Shown piece after piece: positions 8,884 through 18,733 of a stretch of 64,000 bases of DNA; within the stretch, counting starts at the first letter, position 1; each line of letters begins with the position of its first letter. The translations under genes were made by a program, and so were the position numbers. Below the pieces are notes generated by a model that saw only the letters and a list, made by a program, of their open reading frames with translations, ran no database searches and was not told the DNA's origin. The stretch is taken from contig JACPLG010000003.1 of the NCBI GenBank assembly GCA_016186625.1, positions 9,645-73,644 on the forward strand, given 5' to 3'. The stretch is from Candidatus Levyibacteriota bacterium (GTDB taxonomy: Bacteria; Patescibacteriota; Microgenomatia; Levybacterales; UBA12049).

Positions 8884-9285
8884 TTAATTTGGTCTTTGGG
8901 GATTTTGGGCAGGTGCTACAAATACATCTACCTCAATTCCGGAAGGATCCTCCGGAGCTTCAAGCAATTCAATACTAAGACCTTCATCAGGTGCTGAATA
9001 TAAACCAATCAGGTCTTCATGGGGACGTCTTGGATTCATTATGAAATCAATTGTAGGCTGTCTTCCTAATGCTTGACTAATTTGTATGATGCCTCTCTCT
9101 ATTTTCCCGTCGTCAGCAACCATCATTAATTCTCCGAATGTGTAAAGAGGTGTTGACTCATCAAGATCATCCATCTTATCAACCTCTTCATCGTCAAGAT
9201 ATCTTACAATTATTAATTGTTTGTTTCCCTCCGGTGACTTGATACCGTGTTGTTCAAAAAATACATATTCTTTCTCCTTATACAT
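8884..9285 (-). CDS. Hypothetical acidic protein
   Basis: Open frame; TATAAT 9 nt before the ATG at 9285. Confidence 0.55.
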   Translation of the reverse strand: MYKEKEYVFFEQHGIKSPEGNKQLIIVRYLDDEEVDKMDDLDESTPLYTFGELMMVADDGKIERGIIQISQALGRQPTIDFIMNPRRPHEDLIGLYSAPDEGLSIELLEAPEDPSGIEVDVFVAPAQNPQRPN

Positions 9286-9323
9286 AATGCGGCAATTATA
9301 CATCAGGAGGCCTTCTTTGCAAA

Positions 9324-9866
9324 TTATTCCTCTGGCTCTGGTGTTGGGGTTTCCTCTTCCGGACTAGGAGTGGGGGTTTCTTTGGGCTTAATTTCCAAAA
9401 GTTCTACCTCAAATTGGATTGGAGTGTTGGGAGGAATTGGTCCTGCTCCCCTTTCTCCGTAAGCCAAGTTTGAGGGAATTAAAATTCTTCTTTTGCCTCC
9501 CAATTTCATGCCCACAACTCCCTGCTCAAATCCCGGTATAACTTGTCCTGCGCCTACCGTAAGCTCAAACGGCTCCCTCCTCTCATATGAGCTGTCAAAG
9601 GAGCGCCCGTCCAAAAACGCTCCTATATAATGAACCGCAATTGTGTCTCCCGCCTCAACCTGGGCCGAGCCGCTTCCCACCTTAGTATCCTGAAATTGGA
9701 GCTGGGTTACATTTGGCGGTGGAGTTGGCGCAGGCGAAGTATTTAAATTAAAATCCAGAGGATTTTCTTCAATAGAAGGCGCTTTATTTGATTGAAATAC
9801 AAGAAGAATCATTAGAAGTATAAGAAGAGCAAATCCGGCTGCGCCAATTATGTATTTATTTTCCAC
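9324..9866 (-). CDS. FKBP-type peptidyl-prolyl isomerase with N-terminal TM anchor
   Basis: VHYIG, FDSS, GQVIPGFEQG, AYGERG..PIPPN and FEVELL motifs. Confidence 0.95.
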   Translation of the reverse strand: MENKYIIGAAGFALLILLMILLVFQSNKAPSIEENPLDFNLNTSPAPTPPPNVTQLQFQDTKVGSGSAQVEAGDTIAVHYIGAFLDGRSFDSSYERREPFELTVGAGQVIPGFEQGVVGMKLGGKRRILIPSNLAYGERGAGPIPPNTPIQFEVELLEIKPKETPTPSPEEETPTPEPEE

Positions 9867-9899
9867 GCCCGTTATTATAGCAAATAAGAGGCTTAGTTC

Positions 9900-10166
9900 T
9901 TAGGCTGTTTTTGTAACCGGTCTTTTAACGCTGCGTTCTAATTTAAGCTGCCTGAGTTTTTCTCTTTTTAGTGTCTCTTCAAGAAGCGTCTTTTCAAATT
10001 CTTCTTGACACTCTCTATTTGTGCAAACTATTTGGCTATGATAAAGAATCATAAACCCGTTAGGGTTTTGGATTTTTTCTATCCACGTTTTTGATATTTT
10101 CCTTTTGCTGTTACACCTTTCACAGAGAATATCTTCATCTGGAAGTGAATTACCTATTTTTGGCAT
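9900..10166 (-). CDS. Hypothetical Zn-ribbon-like protein
   Basis: CERC and CTNREC cysteine pairs. Confidence 0.65.
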   Translation of the reverse strand: MPKIGNSLPDEDILCERCNSKRKISKTWIEKIQNPNGFMILYHSQIVCTNRECQEEFEKTLLEETLKREKLRQLKLERSVKRPVTKTA

Positions 10167-10185
10167 AGGCTAGTTTCCCATTGAT

Positions 10186-10509
10186 TTAATATCTATTTCT
10201 AGAACTCTTATTATCTCTTCTTTGGAAATTATTTCTCTGTCCGCGCCTTTGGCCAAACTCTTCTCTTGGACGCGCCTCTTTGACAACAATTGTTCTATTA
10301 TCAAGTGTTGAGCCATTAAGCTTATCCATGGCGAGCCTTGCTTCTTCATCAGTTGACATCTCTACAAAACCAAAACCTTTGCTTTGATTTGTATATTTGT
10401 CCATTATGACCTGCGCTGATGTGACGGTTCCGACTTCTGAAAAATGTTTGTTAAGGCTGTCTGATGTTGTATCATACGAAAGTCCTGCTACGAATAAATT
10501 TTTTGCCAT
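10186..10509 (-). CDS. RRM RNA-binding protein
   Basis: RNP2 LFVAGL, RNP1 KGFGFVEM, VKEARPR and an Arg-rich tail. Confidence 0.95.
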   Translation of the reverse strand: MAKNLFVAGLSYDTTSDSLNKHFSEVGTVTSAQVIMDKYTNQSKGFGFVEMSTDEEARLAMDKLNGSTLDNRTIVVKEARPREEFGQRRGQRNNFQRRDNKSSRNRY

Positions 10510-10677
10510 TTTGTTTTCTCCTTTCTTTAAATATTTAATTAATAAATAGAGGAAAAGTAAAAAACGGGGAGTTTTTTATTTAAGTCTAAGAATTAATCCT
10601 AAACCCTATTATACCAGATATTAGCTTGTAATAAAACCGGCGGGACAAGTATAATTCAGCCTGATATAATACGGTTA

Positions 10678-12516
10678 ATGAGCGCGCAAGATATTATAAA
10701 CAAGTATATTAAGTTTTTTGAGGACCGTGGTCACAGGAGGATTCCAAACAGTCCGCTTGTTCCTGAGAATGACCCCACAACTTTGTTTACAAGTTCCGGC
10801 ATGCAGCCATTAGTTCCCTATCTTTTGGGCGAACCTCATCCGGAGGGAAATCGATTGGTTGACGTCCAAAACTGCTTCCGCTCCGTTGATATTGATGAAG
10901 TTGGAGATAACCGTCATACCACTTTTTTCCGAATGCTTGGCAATTGGAGCCTTGGAGACTATTTTAAGGAAGAAGAAATTCCCTGGCTATGGGAATTTCT
11001 AACACGCGAACTCGGACTTCCAAAGGAAAAACTTTACATAACTGTTTTTAAAGGCTTTGAGAATATTGAATACGATCATGCTTCTGAAATCATATGGAAA
11101 GATATATTCGAGCGGGAAAATCTCGAACCAAAAGTTTTTGCGGATGAAACAAATTGGTGGAGCCGCTCCGGAACTCCCGAGCAAATGCCTGCGGGAGAGC
11201 CCGGCGGACCCGACACTGAAGTCTATTTTAAATTTGACGATGTTAAACATAGTGGCCAGTGCAAAGGAGATAACCCAACTAAGTGTGGGTGCGGAGGATT
11301 TTTTGAAATTGCAAACAGCGTTTTTATGCAATACATCAAAGGGAATAATGGATCCTTTAAGGAGTTGCCCAAAAGAAACGTTGATTTTGGAGGAGGACTC
11401 GAGCGACTTCTGGCAGCAGTTGAGGATAAGAGCGACATTTTTCAAACAAGCACATTTTCTTCGATACTACGTAGTATCGAAGTTTTGACAGGAAAAGAAT
11501 ATTTGGGAAATGAGAGGACGTTTAGAATTACCGCAGATCATTTGAGAGCAGCTGTTATGGTTGTTGAAAGTGGCGCTGTACCTTCAAATAAAGAACAGGG
11601 TTATATACTGCGAAGGCTCCTGAGGCGTAGTTTTGATAATTGGCACGTTTTGAAAGGAGGGGATCTAGCTCCCGTTATTGAGGGAGTTATTGAAGAAGGA
11701 AGTAAAACAGATCCGCAGCTTAAAACTAATTTTGAAAGGATTAAAAATACAATTCTTGAGGAACATTCAGTTTATAAAAAGGCCCTTGAGGGCGGAAAAA
11801 AGCTGATTGAAAAAGAGCTTGCAAGAAAGGGTGTTAGGACAGGAGATGAGCTTAAGGGCTTGGTTGAAATTTCAGCAGATTTAGCTTTCAAATCTCTCGC
11901 TTCATACGGACTAAGCCCGACCCAGCTTAAAAGTTTGGGATATGATTTTAACGAGCAGGAACTGGCTGAGAAAATAAAAGAACATCAAGGAATTTCTCGC
12001 AAAGGTGCTGGGAAAAAATTCTCAGGAGGGCTTGCTGACCATTCCGCACAAACTATTAAAGGGCATACTGCAACCCATCTTCTCCACCAGGCAATAAGAG
12101 ACATGCTGGGGACAAAAATCCATCAGTCCGGATCAAATATAACCAGTGAGCGTGTGCGATTTGATTTTAATTTTGACAGAAATCTAACCCATGAAGAACT
12201 CGCCAAACTCGAACAAAAGGTAAATGAAAAAATTAGGCAAAACTTGCCAGTTAAGTTCGAAATTATGTCCATTGCAGAAGCAAAAGAAATGGGCGCAATA
12301 GGACTGTTTGATGATAAGTATAGCGATAAGGTTAAGGTTTACACCATAGGTCCTTCGACAGCTCCCTCCAAGGGCGGGCAGGCACTGGGACCTTACTCGG
12401 TTGAGTTCTGCGGAGGGCCTCATGTTAACTTTACCTCTGAGGTAAAATCGTTTAAGATAAGAAAGCAGGAAAGTTTAGGACGCGGCCTGCGCCGGCTTTA
12501 TGCCGTTGTTGGCTGA
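10678..12516 (+). CDS. alaS: Alanine-tRNA ligase (short form lacking C-Ala)
   Basis: DPTTLFTSSGMQ, HTTFFRMLGNWS, DFGGGLER, HTATHLL and EFCGGPH motifs. Confidence 0.97.
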   Translation: MSAQDIINKYIKFFEDRGHRRIPNSPLVPENDPTTLFTSSGMQPLVPYLLGEPHPEGNRLVDVQNCFRSVDIDEVGDNRHTTFFRMLGNWSLGDYFKEEEIPWLWEFLTRELGLPKEKLYITVFKGFENIEYDHASEIIWKDIFERENLEPKVFADETNWWSRSGTPEQMPAGEPGGPDTEVYFKFDDVKHSGQCKGDNPTKCGCGGFFEIANSVFMQYIKGNNGSFKELPKRNVDFGGGLERLLAAVEDKSDIFQTSTFSSILRSIEVLTGKEYLGNERTFRITADHLRAAVMVVESGAVPSNKEQGYILRRLLRRSFDNWHVLKGGDLAPVIEGVIEEGSKTDPQLKTNFERIKNTILEEHSVYKKALEGGKKLIEKELARKGVRTGDELKGLVEISADLAFKSLASYGLSPTQLKSLGYDFNEQELAEKIKEHQGISRKGAGKKFSGGLADHSAQTIKGHTATHLLHQAIRDMLGTKIHQSGSNITSERVRFDFNFDRNLTHEELAKLEQKVNEKIRQNLPVKFEIMSIAEAKEMGAIGLFDDKYSDKVKVYTIGPSTAPSKGGQALGPYSVEFCGGPHVNFTSEVKSFKIRKQESLGRGLRRLYAVVG

Positions 12517-12524
12517 GACTGCCT

Positions 12525-14765
12525 ATGAACATACCAAATCTGCCTTTTTTAGAGAAAAAAGGGAAGAGCGAATATTTTCTTTCTCTTGTTATTCGAGACG
12601 AAAAAGCAAGCGCAGTTGTTTTTGAGGAGATCAACAGGAAAATAAATGTGGTTGGAGAACATGTGGAGAATTTCAAAACTTCTGTTGAAGACGCAACTGA
12701 GGAAGAGTTTTTAGAAGTTATTGACAGAGCCGTCTCAACTGCCGAGAAAAGTCTTCCGCCAGATACTGAAAGCCACAAGACTGTTTTTGGAGTTAAAGGG
12801 GACTGGATAGATGAAGGGAAAATTAAACCAGAGTATCTTGCAAAACTTAAAAAAGTAAGCGACGAGCTAGATTTTAAGCCAATGGGGTTTTTGGTAATTC
12901 CTGAGGCTATCGGCCATCTTTTGCAAATGGAAGAAGGCGCACCTCTTACGGCAATTCTTATAGAAATCGGGCAAAAAGGTGTAAACTTATCCTTATTTAG
13001 AACGGGTAAAATTATTGCTACAAAACAAGGAAGCATTGGAGAATCTATTGTTTCAACCGTAGAAGGGCTTTTAAAACACTTTTCAGCTCTCGGAGACCTG
13101 CCTCCTCGGATAATTCTTTTTGATGGCGGGAGGGAAGATCTTCAGCAAAAATTTATTAGCCACAAATGGGCTAAGGAGCTTTCCTTTTTACACCTTCCCC
13201 AGATAAGCGCACTCTCATCCAATTTTGATGCCCGTGCGGTTCTAAACGGAGCAGCCCAGCAGATGGGCTTTGAAGTGCTTGAAGCCTCACTTGCAACTGC
13301 GGCAAAAGAAGACATGAGCGAAACAGATGCTCTCACTGCTGCGGTGGGAGAAGATGAGGATAAAACCCTGGCAGAAGTTGCCTCCGAATTTGGATTTTCA
13401 GAGCATGACGTTAAAACTAAAGAAGAAGCGGGAGAAAAACCCAAAACCGCGGTATCCGAAGCACTTCAACATGAAAATATTACCCTTTCTGATCAGTTCC
13501 GAGAAATTCCCGAAGAAGTGAAAATAAGAACAGCCGAGAGGAAATCGCTTCCTATAAATGCAGCACTGATCACAACTGGCATATTAAGATTCGTTAAAAA
13601 AATAAATATAGGTTCTCTCATAAGAGGCGCAAACAGTTCGCGGAAAAAACTTATGCTTGGAATAATTCCTTTTATATTAATTCTTCTATTTTTATACGTT
13701 TATTTGTTTGGGAAAACTGCTACAGTTACTCTGGGTATAGATTCTAGGCAGGAAGAACAATCCGAAAATATTACTTTCTCACAAAGTGCGCAAACCAATG
13801 CCTCTGAAAACACAATAAACGCGGAGTTTATAACGGTTTCCGAGGACGGGAAAAAGGGAGTATCAACATCCGGCAAAAAAGAAGTCGGAGACAAGGCCAA
13901 AGGCACTGTCACTATGTTTAACAGCAATACCACCGGCGTAACAATTCCAACAGGAACCGTCATCACTTCTTCCAATGATTTGAAATTTATAACGGATAAA
14001 GCCGTAACTGTTGCTTCAGCCTCCGGCGACATTTTCTCAGGAACCGATCCTGGAAAAGCAGACGTCACTGTAACAGCCGAGAAGTTTGGGACAAATTATA
14101 ATTTTCCGAGTGATACAAAATTCACGGTTGAAGGAAGTACGTCTGTTGCCGCAAAAAATGACAAGCCGTTTTCAGGAGGAACAAAAAAAGAAGTGAAGGT
14201 AGTTGCAAAAAAAGATCTTGATAAATTGGCAAGCGATCTTCAAAAAGATCTTGAGGGCAAAGCAAAAGAGGATATAAAAAAGAAGGCGCAGGGTAACTCT
14301 TTAGTCCTTCCCAATTTTATTTCTGTTGAGTTTGATAAAAAAAGCTATAGCAAAGACGTAGATGATGAGGCATCAGAGGTAAGCCTGACCGCAGTCATAA
14401 GCTTTAAAGGCGTTTCGTACAAGAAGGAAGATATGGCTCTTTTTGTCAAGGACAAATTAAGCGATGGGGAGGAACTTGAAGTTGATGCCGACAGTATCAA
14501 GGTAAACGCGGCAAATCTGAAAGAAGAAGACGGCGGTGCAACAGCTAAGCTTGAAATTACGGCAAGCCTTGTCCCTAAGCTTTCCCATAAAGAAATTGCC
14601 CAAAAAATTAAAGGGAATTCTGTAAGAGAAGCTACCGCAAAGTTAAGCAGAATTGATGGGGTAATTAAAGTCGACATAAAATTATTTCCGCCAATTCCCT
14701 TCCTTCCCGAAAGAATTCCATTCTCCTCGGGAAAAATAAAAATAGTGACGGAAAAAAATGGCTAA
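12525..14765 (+). CDS. Single-TM protein with FtsA/PilM-like N-terminal region and baseplate-J-like extracellular C-terminus
   Basis: Actin-like strand/helix N-terminus (ILIEIGQ, RIILFDGG); TM at about residues 377-395; KAKGTVTMFN..IPTGT..F..D pattern. Confidence 0.6.
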   Translation: MNIPNLPFLEKKGKSEYFLSLVIRDEKASAVVFEEINRKINVVGEHVENFKTSVEDATEEEFLEVIDRAVSTAEKSLPPDTESHKTVFGVKGDWIDEGKIKPEYLAKLKKVSDELDFKPMGFLVIPEAIGHLLQMEEGAPLTAILIEIGQKGVNLSLFRTGKIIATKQGSIGESIVSTVEGLLKHFSALGDLPPRIILFDGGREDLQQKFISHKWAKELSFLHLPQISALSSNFDARAVLNGAAQQMGFEVLEASLATAAKEDMSETDALTAAVGEDEDKTLAEVASEFGFSEHDVKTKEEAGEKPKTAVSEALQHENITLSDQFREIPEEVKIRTAERKSLPINAALITTGILRFVKKINIGSLIRGANSSRKKLMLGIIPFILILLFLYVYLFGKTATVTLGIDSRQEEQSENITFSQSAQTNASENTINAEFITVSEDGKKGVSTSGKKEVGDKAKGTVTMFNSNTTGVTIPTGTVITSSNDLKFITDKAVTVASASGDIFSGTDPGKADVTVTAEKFGTNYNFPSDTKFTVEGSTSVAAKNDKPFSGGTKKEVKVVAKKDLDKLASDLQKDLEGKAKEDIKKKAQGNSLVLPNFISVEFDKKSYSKDVDDEASEVSLTAVISFKGVSYKKEDMALFVKDKLSDGEELEVDADSIKVNAANLKEEDGGATAKLEITASLVPKLSHKEIAQKIKGNSVREATAKLSRIDGVIKVDIKLFPPIPFLPERIPFSSGKIKIVTEKNG

Positions 14766-15465
14766 ATATTACCACAAAGGCAAAAGAATAAACTATAAAA
14801 TATTTTTAAAACTTGCAAGCCTTGCTGTTTTAGTACTGGGTGCTTCCTTATTTTTTTATATCTTTTTCCCTCTGATTTCATGGCAAGTATATTTTGCTCC
14901 GGTGTTTGCTTCCCAAAAAATACAAACCCCTATTCCTAACAACTTAGTTATAAATCCGGCAAATATTGGCAATCTTATCGCAACCGCAACAAACACCATA
15001 GGAACGGACTACACTGATGCCAGAAATTGGTACCCCGGAATAGACCAAGGCCAAAATATTGCAACATACAAAATCTCCATACCTAAAATTAATATAGAAG
15101 ATGCTCTGGTATCAAATTCTGATACAGATCTTACCAAGCATCTTGTGCAATATAATTCGGATACTCTTCCCGGAAAGGATGGAAACTCGGTAATCTTTGG
15201 CCACTCAACCCTTCCGCAATTATTTGATCCGGGCAATTACAAAACAATTCTGGCAAATGCTTACAAACTTGAAGTTGGAGATAAGGTAATTATTGAAATT
15301 AACAATAAGCTGTATTCTTATAAAATAGAAAGTATTATAGTAGTTGACCCTTCGGACACTTCAATCCTTGCTCAGAATTTTACCGACAGTTTTATAACAA
15401 TAATCACCTGTACTCCTCCGGGAACTGTCTGGAAAAGACTGGTGATAAAAGCGCGAATTGCCTAG
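14758..15465 (+). CDS. Sortase
   Basis: N-terminal TM; ISIPKI, VIFGHS, ITCTPPG and KRLVIKA (His-Cys-Arg triad). Confidence 0.92.
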   Translation: MAKYYHKGKRINYKIFLKLASLAVLVLGASLFFYIFFPLISWQVYFAPVFASQKIQTPIPNNLVINPANIGNLIATATNTIGTDYTDARNWYPGIDQGQNIATYKISIPKINIEDALVSNSDTDLTKHLVQYNSDTLPGKDGNSVIFGHSTLPQLFDPGNYKTILANAYKLEVGDKVIIEINNKLYSYKIESIIVVDPSDTSILAQNFTDSFITIITCTPPGTVWKRLVIKARIA

Positions 15466-15498
15466 CGAAGTCGGGTCAAGTTTCTAGAATGGGGTAAG

Positions 15499-15636
15499 AT
15501 GGAAAGAATAGGAATTAAAAGAATTTTATATAATATCTGGCCAACTATTTATAGGCTGGTCAACGGAACTTTTTATTTTATCCTTCAGCTTACAAGATCA
15601 ACAATCCGGCGTATGATAGATCAAATTAAATCATGA
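15499..15636 (+). CDS. 45-aa small protein, translationally coupled to the next gene
   Basis: MERIGIKRILYNIWPTIYRLVNGTFYFILQLTRSTIRRMIDQIKS*; its TGA overlaps the next ATG (ATGA). Confidence 0.6.
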   Translation: MERIGIKRILYNIWPTIYRLVNGTFYFILQLTRSTIRRMIDQIKS

Positions 15637-16907
15637 CTGAAAGAGATTTGGCAATTGCTGCCATTAGAAAAAAACTTGTAGGAAAACCCCTAAGATACAA
15701 AGAAATCTATTCAATAATGGATCAGATTTCCCAAAATAAGTTGGGAGACGTCCTAACAACCTATTTTGCCGCTTCCGGTTTTTCCAAGGGATTTTCAGAT
15801 GAAGAAATTTACTGGCTGATAAAAGCAATGGTTGAGACAGGCCAAAAGCTCAAATTCAAAGGAATTGTTGCTGATAAACACTCAATTGGCGGAGTCCCGG
15901 GAACAAGGACTACCCTAATTATTGTTCCTATAGTTGCCGCTGCGGGATTTAAAATTCCAAAGAGTTCATCCCGGGCAATTACAACTCCATCCGGAACTGC
16001 GGATGATATGGAAATCTTGGCTCCCGTTAATCTGTCACGAAGAAAAATTTATAGCGTAGTGGAGCGGACCAACGGATGCATTGTCTGGGGAGGAAGTTTT
16101 AATATTGCACCTGCCGATGATGTGATTATAAAAGTTGAAGAAGTACTTCTTTTTGAAAGTTTTGACAAAATTTTAATCTCCGTCATGGCAAAAAAAATTG
16201 CTTTTGGAAGTAATCATGTTGTAATTGATATTCCTTACGGAAAATCCGTAAAAGTCCACAGGCTCTCCGATGCAAAAATAATTAAAAATAAATTTGAAAA
16301 AATGGCCAAAAAATTTGACATTAAGATAGAAGTTTTGATTCATAAAACTGATGAGCCTGCTGGGAGAGGAATTGGGCCAATTTTAGAAGTAAAAGAAGCA
16401 TTAATGGTTCTAGAACAAGATCCCAATAGATCACTCGACCTTGAGGCAAGGAGTATAAATCTTTCAGGCAGCCTTCTTGAACTTTGTCTCTCTTCCTCCA
16501 GTAAGGGACGGCAGGAGCTAATAAGAAAAAAGTATAAAAATGGATACAATTTGGCAAAAGACATTCTAGTCTCAGGCGCTGCTCTTTCAAAAATGAAAGA
16601 AATTATAAAAGCACAAGGTGGAAATCCAAATGTCAGCAGCAAATCTTTAAAACCCGGCAAATATTCTTTTAAAATCACGGCTCACAAAAAAGGTGCTGTA
16701 ACCTCAATTAATTCAAAAAATCTAACACTGATTGCAAGAATTCTTGGGGCACCTGATATGAAGGGTTCTGGAATTTTTCTTAATAAAAAAATTGGTGAAA
16801 AAGTGAGCCGTGGCGATCCAATCTGTACTTTTTATTCTGATTCCATGTATAATCTTAGGGAAGGAAAAGATTCGCTTAAAAATTTTTCGCTAATTTCGAT
16901 TAAATGA
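15633..16907 (+). CDS. AMP phosphorylase / archaeal-type thymidine phosphorylase family
   Basis: DKHSIGGVPG, PKSSSRAITTPSGTAD, WGG...APADD and PAGRGIGP motifs. Confidence 0.88.
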   Translation: MTERDLAIAAIRKKLVGKPLRYKEIYSIMDQISQNKLGDVLTTYFAASGFSKGFSDEEIYWLIKAMVETGQKLKFKGIVADKHSIGGVPGTRTTLIIVPIVAAAGFKIPKSSSRAITTPSGTADDMEILAPVNLSRRKIYSVVERTNGCIVWGGSFNIAPADDVIIKVEEVLLFESFDKILISVMAKKIAFGSNHVVIDIPYGKSVKVHRLSDAKIIKNKFEKMAKKFDIKIEVLIHKTDEPAGRGIGPILEVKEALMVLEQDPNRSLDLEARSINLSGSLLELCLSSSSKGRQELIRKKYKNGYNLAKDILVSGAALSKMKEIIKAQGGNPNVSSKSLKPGKYSFKITAHKKGAVTSINSKNLTLIARILGAPDMKGSGIFLNKKIGEKVSRGDPICTFYSDSMYNLREGKDSLKNFSLISIK

Positions 16908-17860
16908 GAAGGCTCTACATAACACTTGCTCTACTTACCGCAGTAGTGATTCTTTCCTTAGCATGGTGGGTCAGAGGAAACGCTGCGGCTAATCCCAATG
17001 ATAACAGCCCAAAGATATTTGTAATAGAGAAAGGTCAGGGAGTAAGGACAATTGCCAGAAATTTAAAAGACCAGGGACTCATAAAAGATCAGGTTGTCTT
17101 CTTTCTGCTCACAAAAAAACTTGGACTTGACCAAAAAATTCAAGCGGGAAGCTTTAGGCTTAATCCCGGGATGAGAGCCTCGGAAATTGCAAATCAACTA
17201 ACGGTGGGCACACTTGATGTTTGGGTCACAGTTCCCGAAGGGCAAAGAGCCGGAGAAATTGGAGACATACTTGAAAAGACAATGCCAAATTACGATCCTT
17301 CCTGGGAGGCCGCACTTGGAAAAAATGAAGGCTTCCTTTTTCCGGATACTTACCTTTTTCCAAAAGACTCAACGGTTGAGACAATAATTAAAATCATGAC
17401 AGCTAATTTTGAGGAAAAGTATAAGACTCTTGATACTTCAAAAGTTGATTTTTCAAAAGAAGAAATTACTACAATTGCCTCGCTCATTGAAAGAGAAGCA
17501 AGACACGACGAGGATAGACCGCTTGTTTCAAGTGTAATTCATAATAGACTGGGCCTGGGAATGAAACTAGATGTTGATGCGACTTTGCAATATGTTCTAG
17601 GTTATCAAAAAGATCAAAAAAGATGGTGGAAAGAGGGACTAACAGATCAGGACAAATTAATTAGATCTCCTTACAATACTTATCAAGTGGCCGGGCTCCC
17701 TCCAGGACCGATCTCAAATCCCGGACTTTTGAGTCTTGAAGCCGCAGTAAACCCTGCGCAAACCGATTACCTTTACTATATTACGGACTCAACCGGAACT
17801 AATAGATACGCCAAAACTTTTGAGCAGCACCAAGAAAATATTGAAAAATACGGCCTCTAG
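16904..17860 (+). CDS. mltG: Endolytic transglycosylase MltG
   Basis: VTVPEG, EGFLFPDTY, ASLIEREA and SPYNTY..GLPPGPISNPG motifs. Confidence 0.95.
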   Translation: MRRLYITLALLTAVVILSLAWWVRGNAAANPNDNSPKIFVIEKGQGVRTIARNLKDQGLIKDQVVFFLLTKKLGLDQKIQAGSFRLNPGMRASEIANQLTVGTLDVWVTVPEGQRAGEIGDILEKTMPNYDPSWEAALGKNEGFLFPDTYLFPKDSTVETIIKIMTANFEEKYKTLDTSKVDFSKEEITTIASLIEREARHDEDRPLVSSVIHNRLGLGMKLDVDATLQYVLGYQKDQKRWWKEGLTDQDKLIRSPYNTYQVAGLPPGPISNPGLLSLEAAVNPAQTDYLYYITDSTGTNRYAKTFEQHQENIEKYGL

Positions 17861-17914
17861 ATCATAGAAGTATCACAGGTACCAAAGGTATCAGATGTAT
17901 CAAAGGGGGAATTT

Positions 17915-18020
17915 GAGCGAGGGGTGGTGCGAGTGGAAGGGATCCCGACAGCGCTCAGGCGAGTGAATCGTCGACGAGCACTGGCGGGAGGGAGAACGAG
18001 CGACAGGACCCCGAGCGACT
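17915..18020. repeat. GC-rich imperfect hairpin between convergent genes
   Basis: Nested GGGGT/ACCCC, TCCCG/CGGGA and CAGCGCTC/GAGCACTG complementarity. Confidence 0.45.
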
Positions 18021-18030
18021 AAACAAATAG

Positions 18031-18360
18031 TTAATTTTTGGGGGGGGATTTTTTGAAGAATCTTTTTACCGCAGGCTTTGGAGGTTTGCTACCGTTCCCA
18101 TCTCCGTCTGAGGCATCTGTAACCTCAATTGAATCCTGGATCTCTCCTATTTTCTCTTCCAATTTATTAAGTTGTGTCTTTGTTCCTTTTTTAGCCTCAT
18201 TCTCAATCTCGCGGGCAATTTCCCCAAGCCCAGCAAATCCATCCTCGGTTATAGCTTTTAGGATTTTATTTCCTTTTTTTGTTCCAAGTAGAAAAACCCC
18301 TATACCTCCAACAATAAGTCCTAATAAAAATCCATCAGAAAATCTAGAACTATTTCCCAT
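18031..18360 (-). CDS. YtxH-like protein
   Basis: GFLLGLIVGGIGVFLL..KKG N-terminus. Confidence 0.6.
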   Translation of the reverse strand: MGNSSRFSDGFLLGLIVGGIGVFLLGTKKGNKILKAITEDGFAGLGEIAREIENEAKKGTKTQLNKLEEKIGEIQDSIEVTDASDGDGNGSKPPKPAVKRFFKKSPPKN

Positions 18361-18679
18361 TTTCCTTCTCCTCTCTCTTATCCTTAGTTTGCTCGTCTCG
18401 CTGCGAAGCAGGCCGATCGGAATCGTCTTCTGACACTTTTTTTATAATTCTTGCAATAACTCCTCCGGCCTTAAGCCCCATCAAAAGAGAAGACAAACCA
18501 GAAATGGGAGCAGAAACGCTTTCTGTAATCTGCCCTGTATTATCCAAAACTTTATTTGCTTTTGAAATGGTCTTGCGAAGGTCTCTTAGAATAAAAAATA
18601 CTTGAATTCCCAAAACCATTAGAAGTATGGTAAGGGTTATAATTACTATAAATAAAAGAATTTGGGCAGGGTCAAACAT
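18350..18679 (-). CDS. DUF948-like membrane protein
   Basis: N-terminal TM then coiled coil, upstream of a YtxH-like gene; MFDPAQ start preferred. Confidence 0.55.
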   Translation of the reverse strand: MFDPAQILLFIVIITLTILLMVLGIQVFFILRDLRKTISKANKVLDNTGQITESVSAPISGLSSLLMGLKAGGVIARIIKKVSEDDSDRPASQRDEQTKDKREEKENGK

Positions 18680-18733
18680 TGCAATATTAAACTTATACCA
18701 ACAAGTAGTTGGTGTCAAGATATCTTCACTATA

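Noticed and set aside
12525-14765. Prophage
   Set aside because: A lone baseplate-like domain among housekeeping genes, with no terminase, capsid or integrase.
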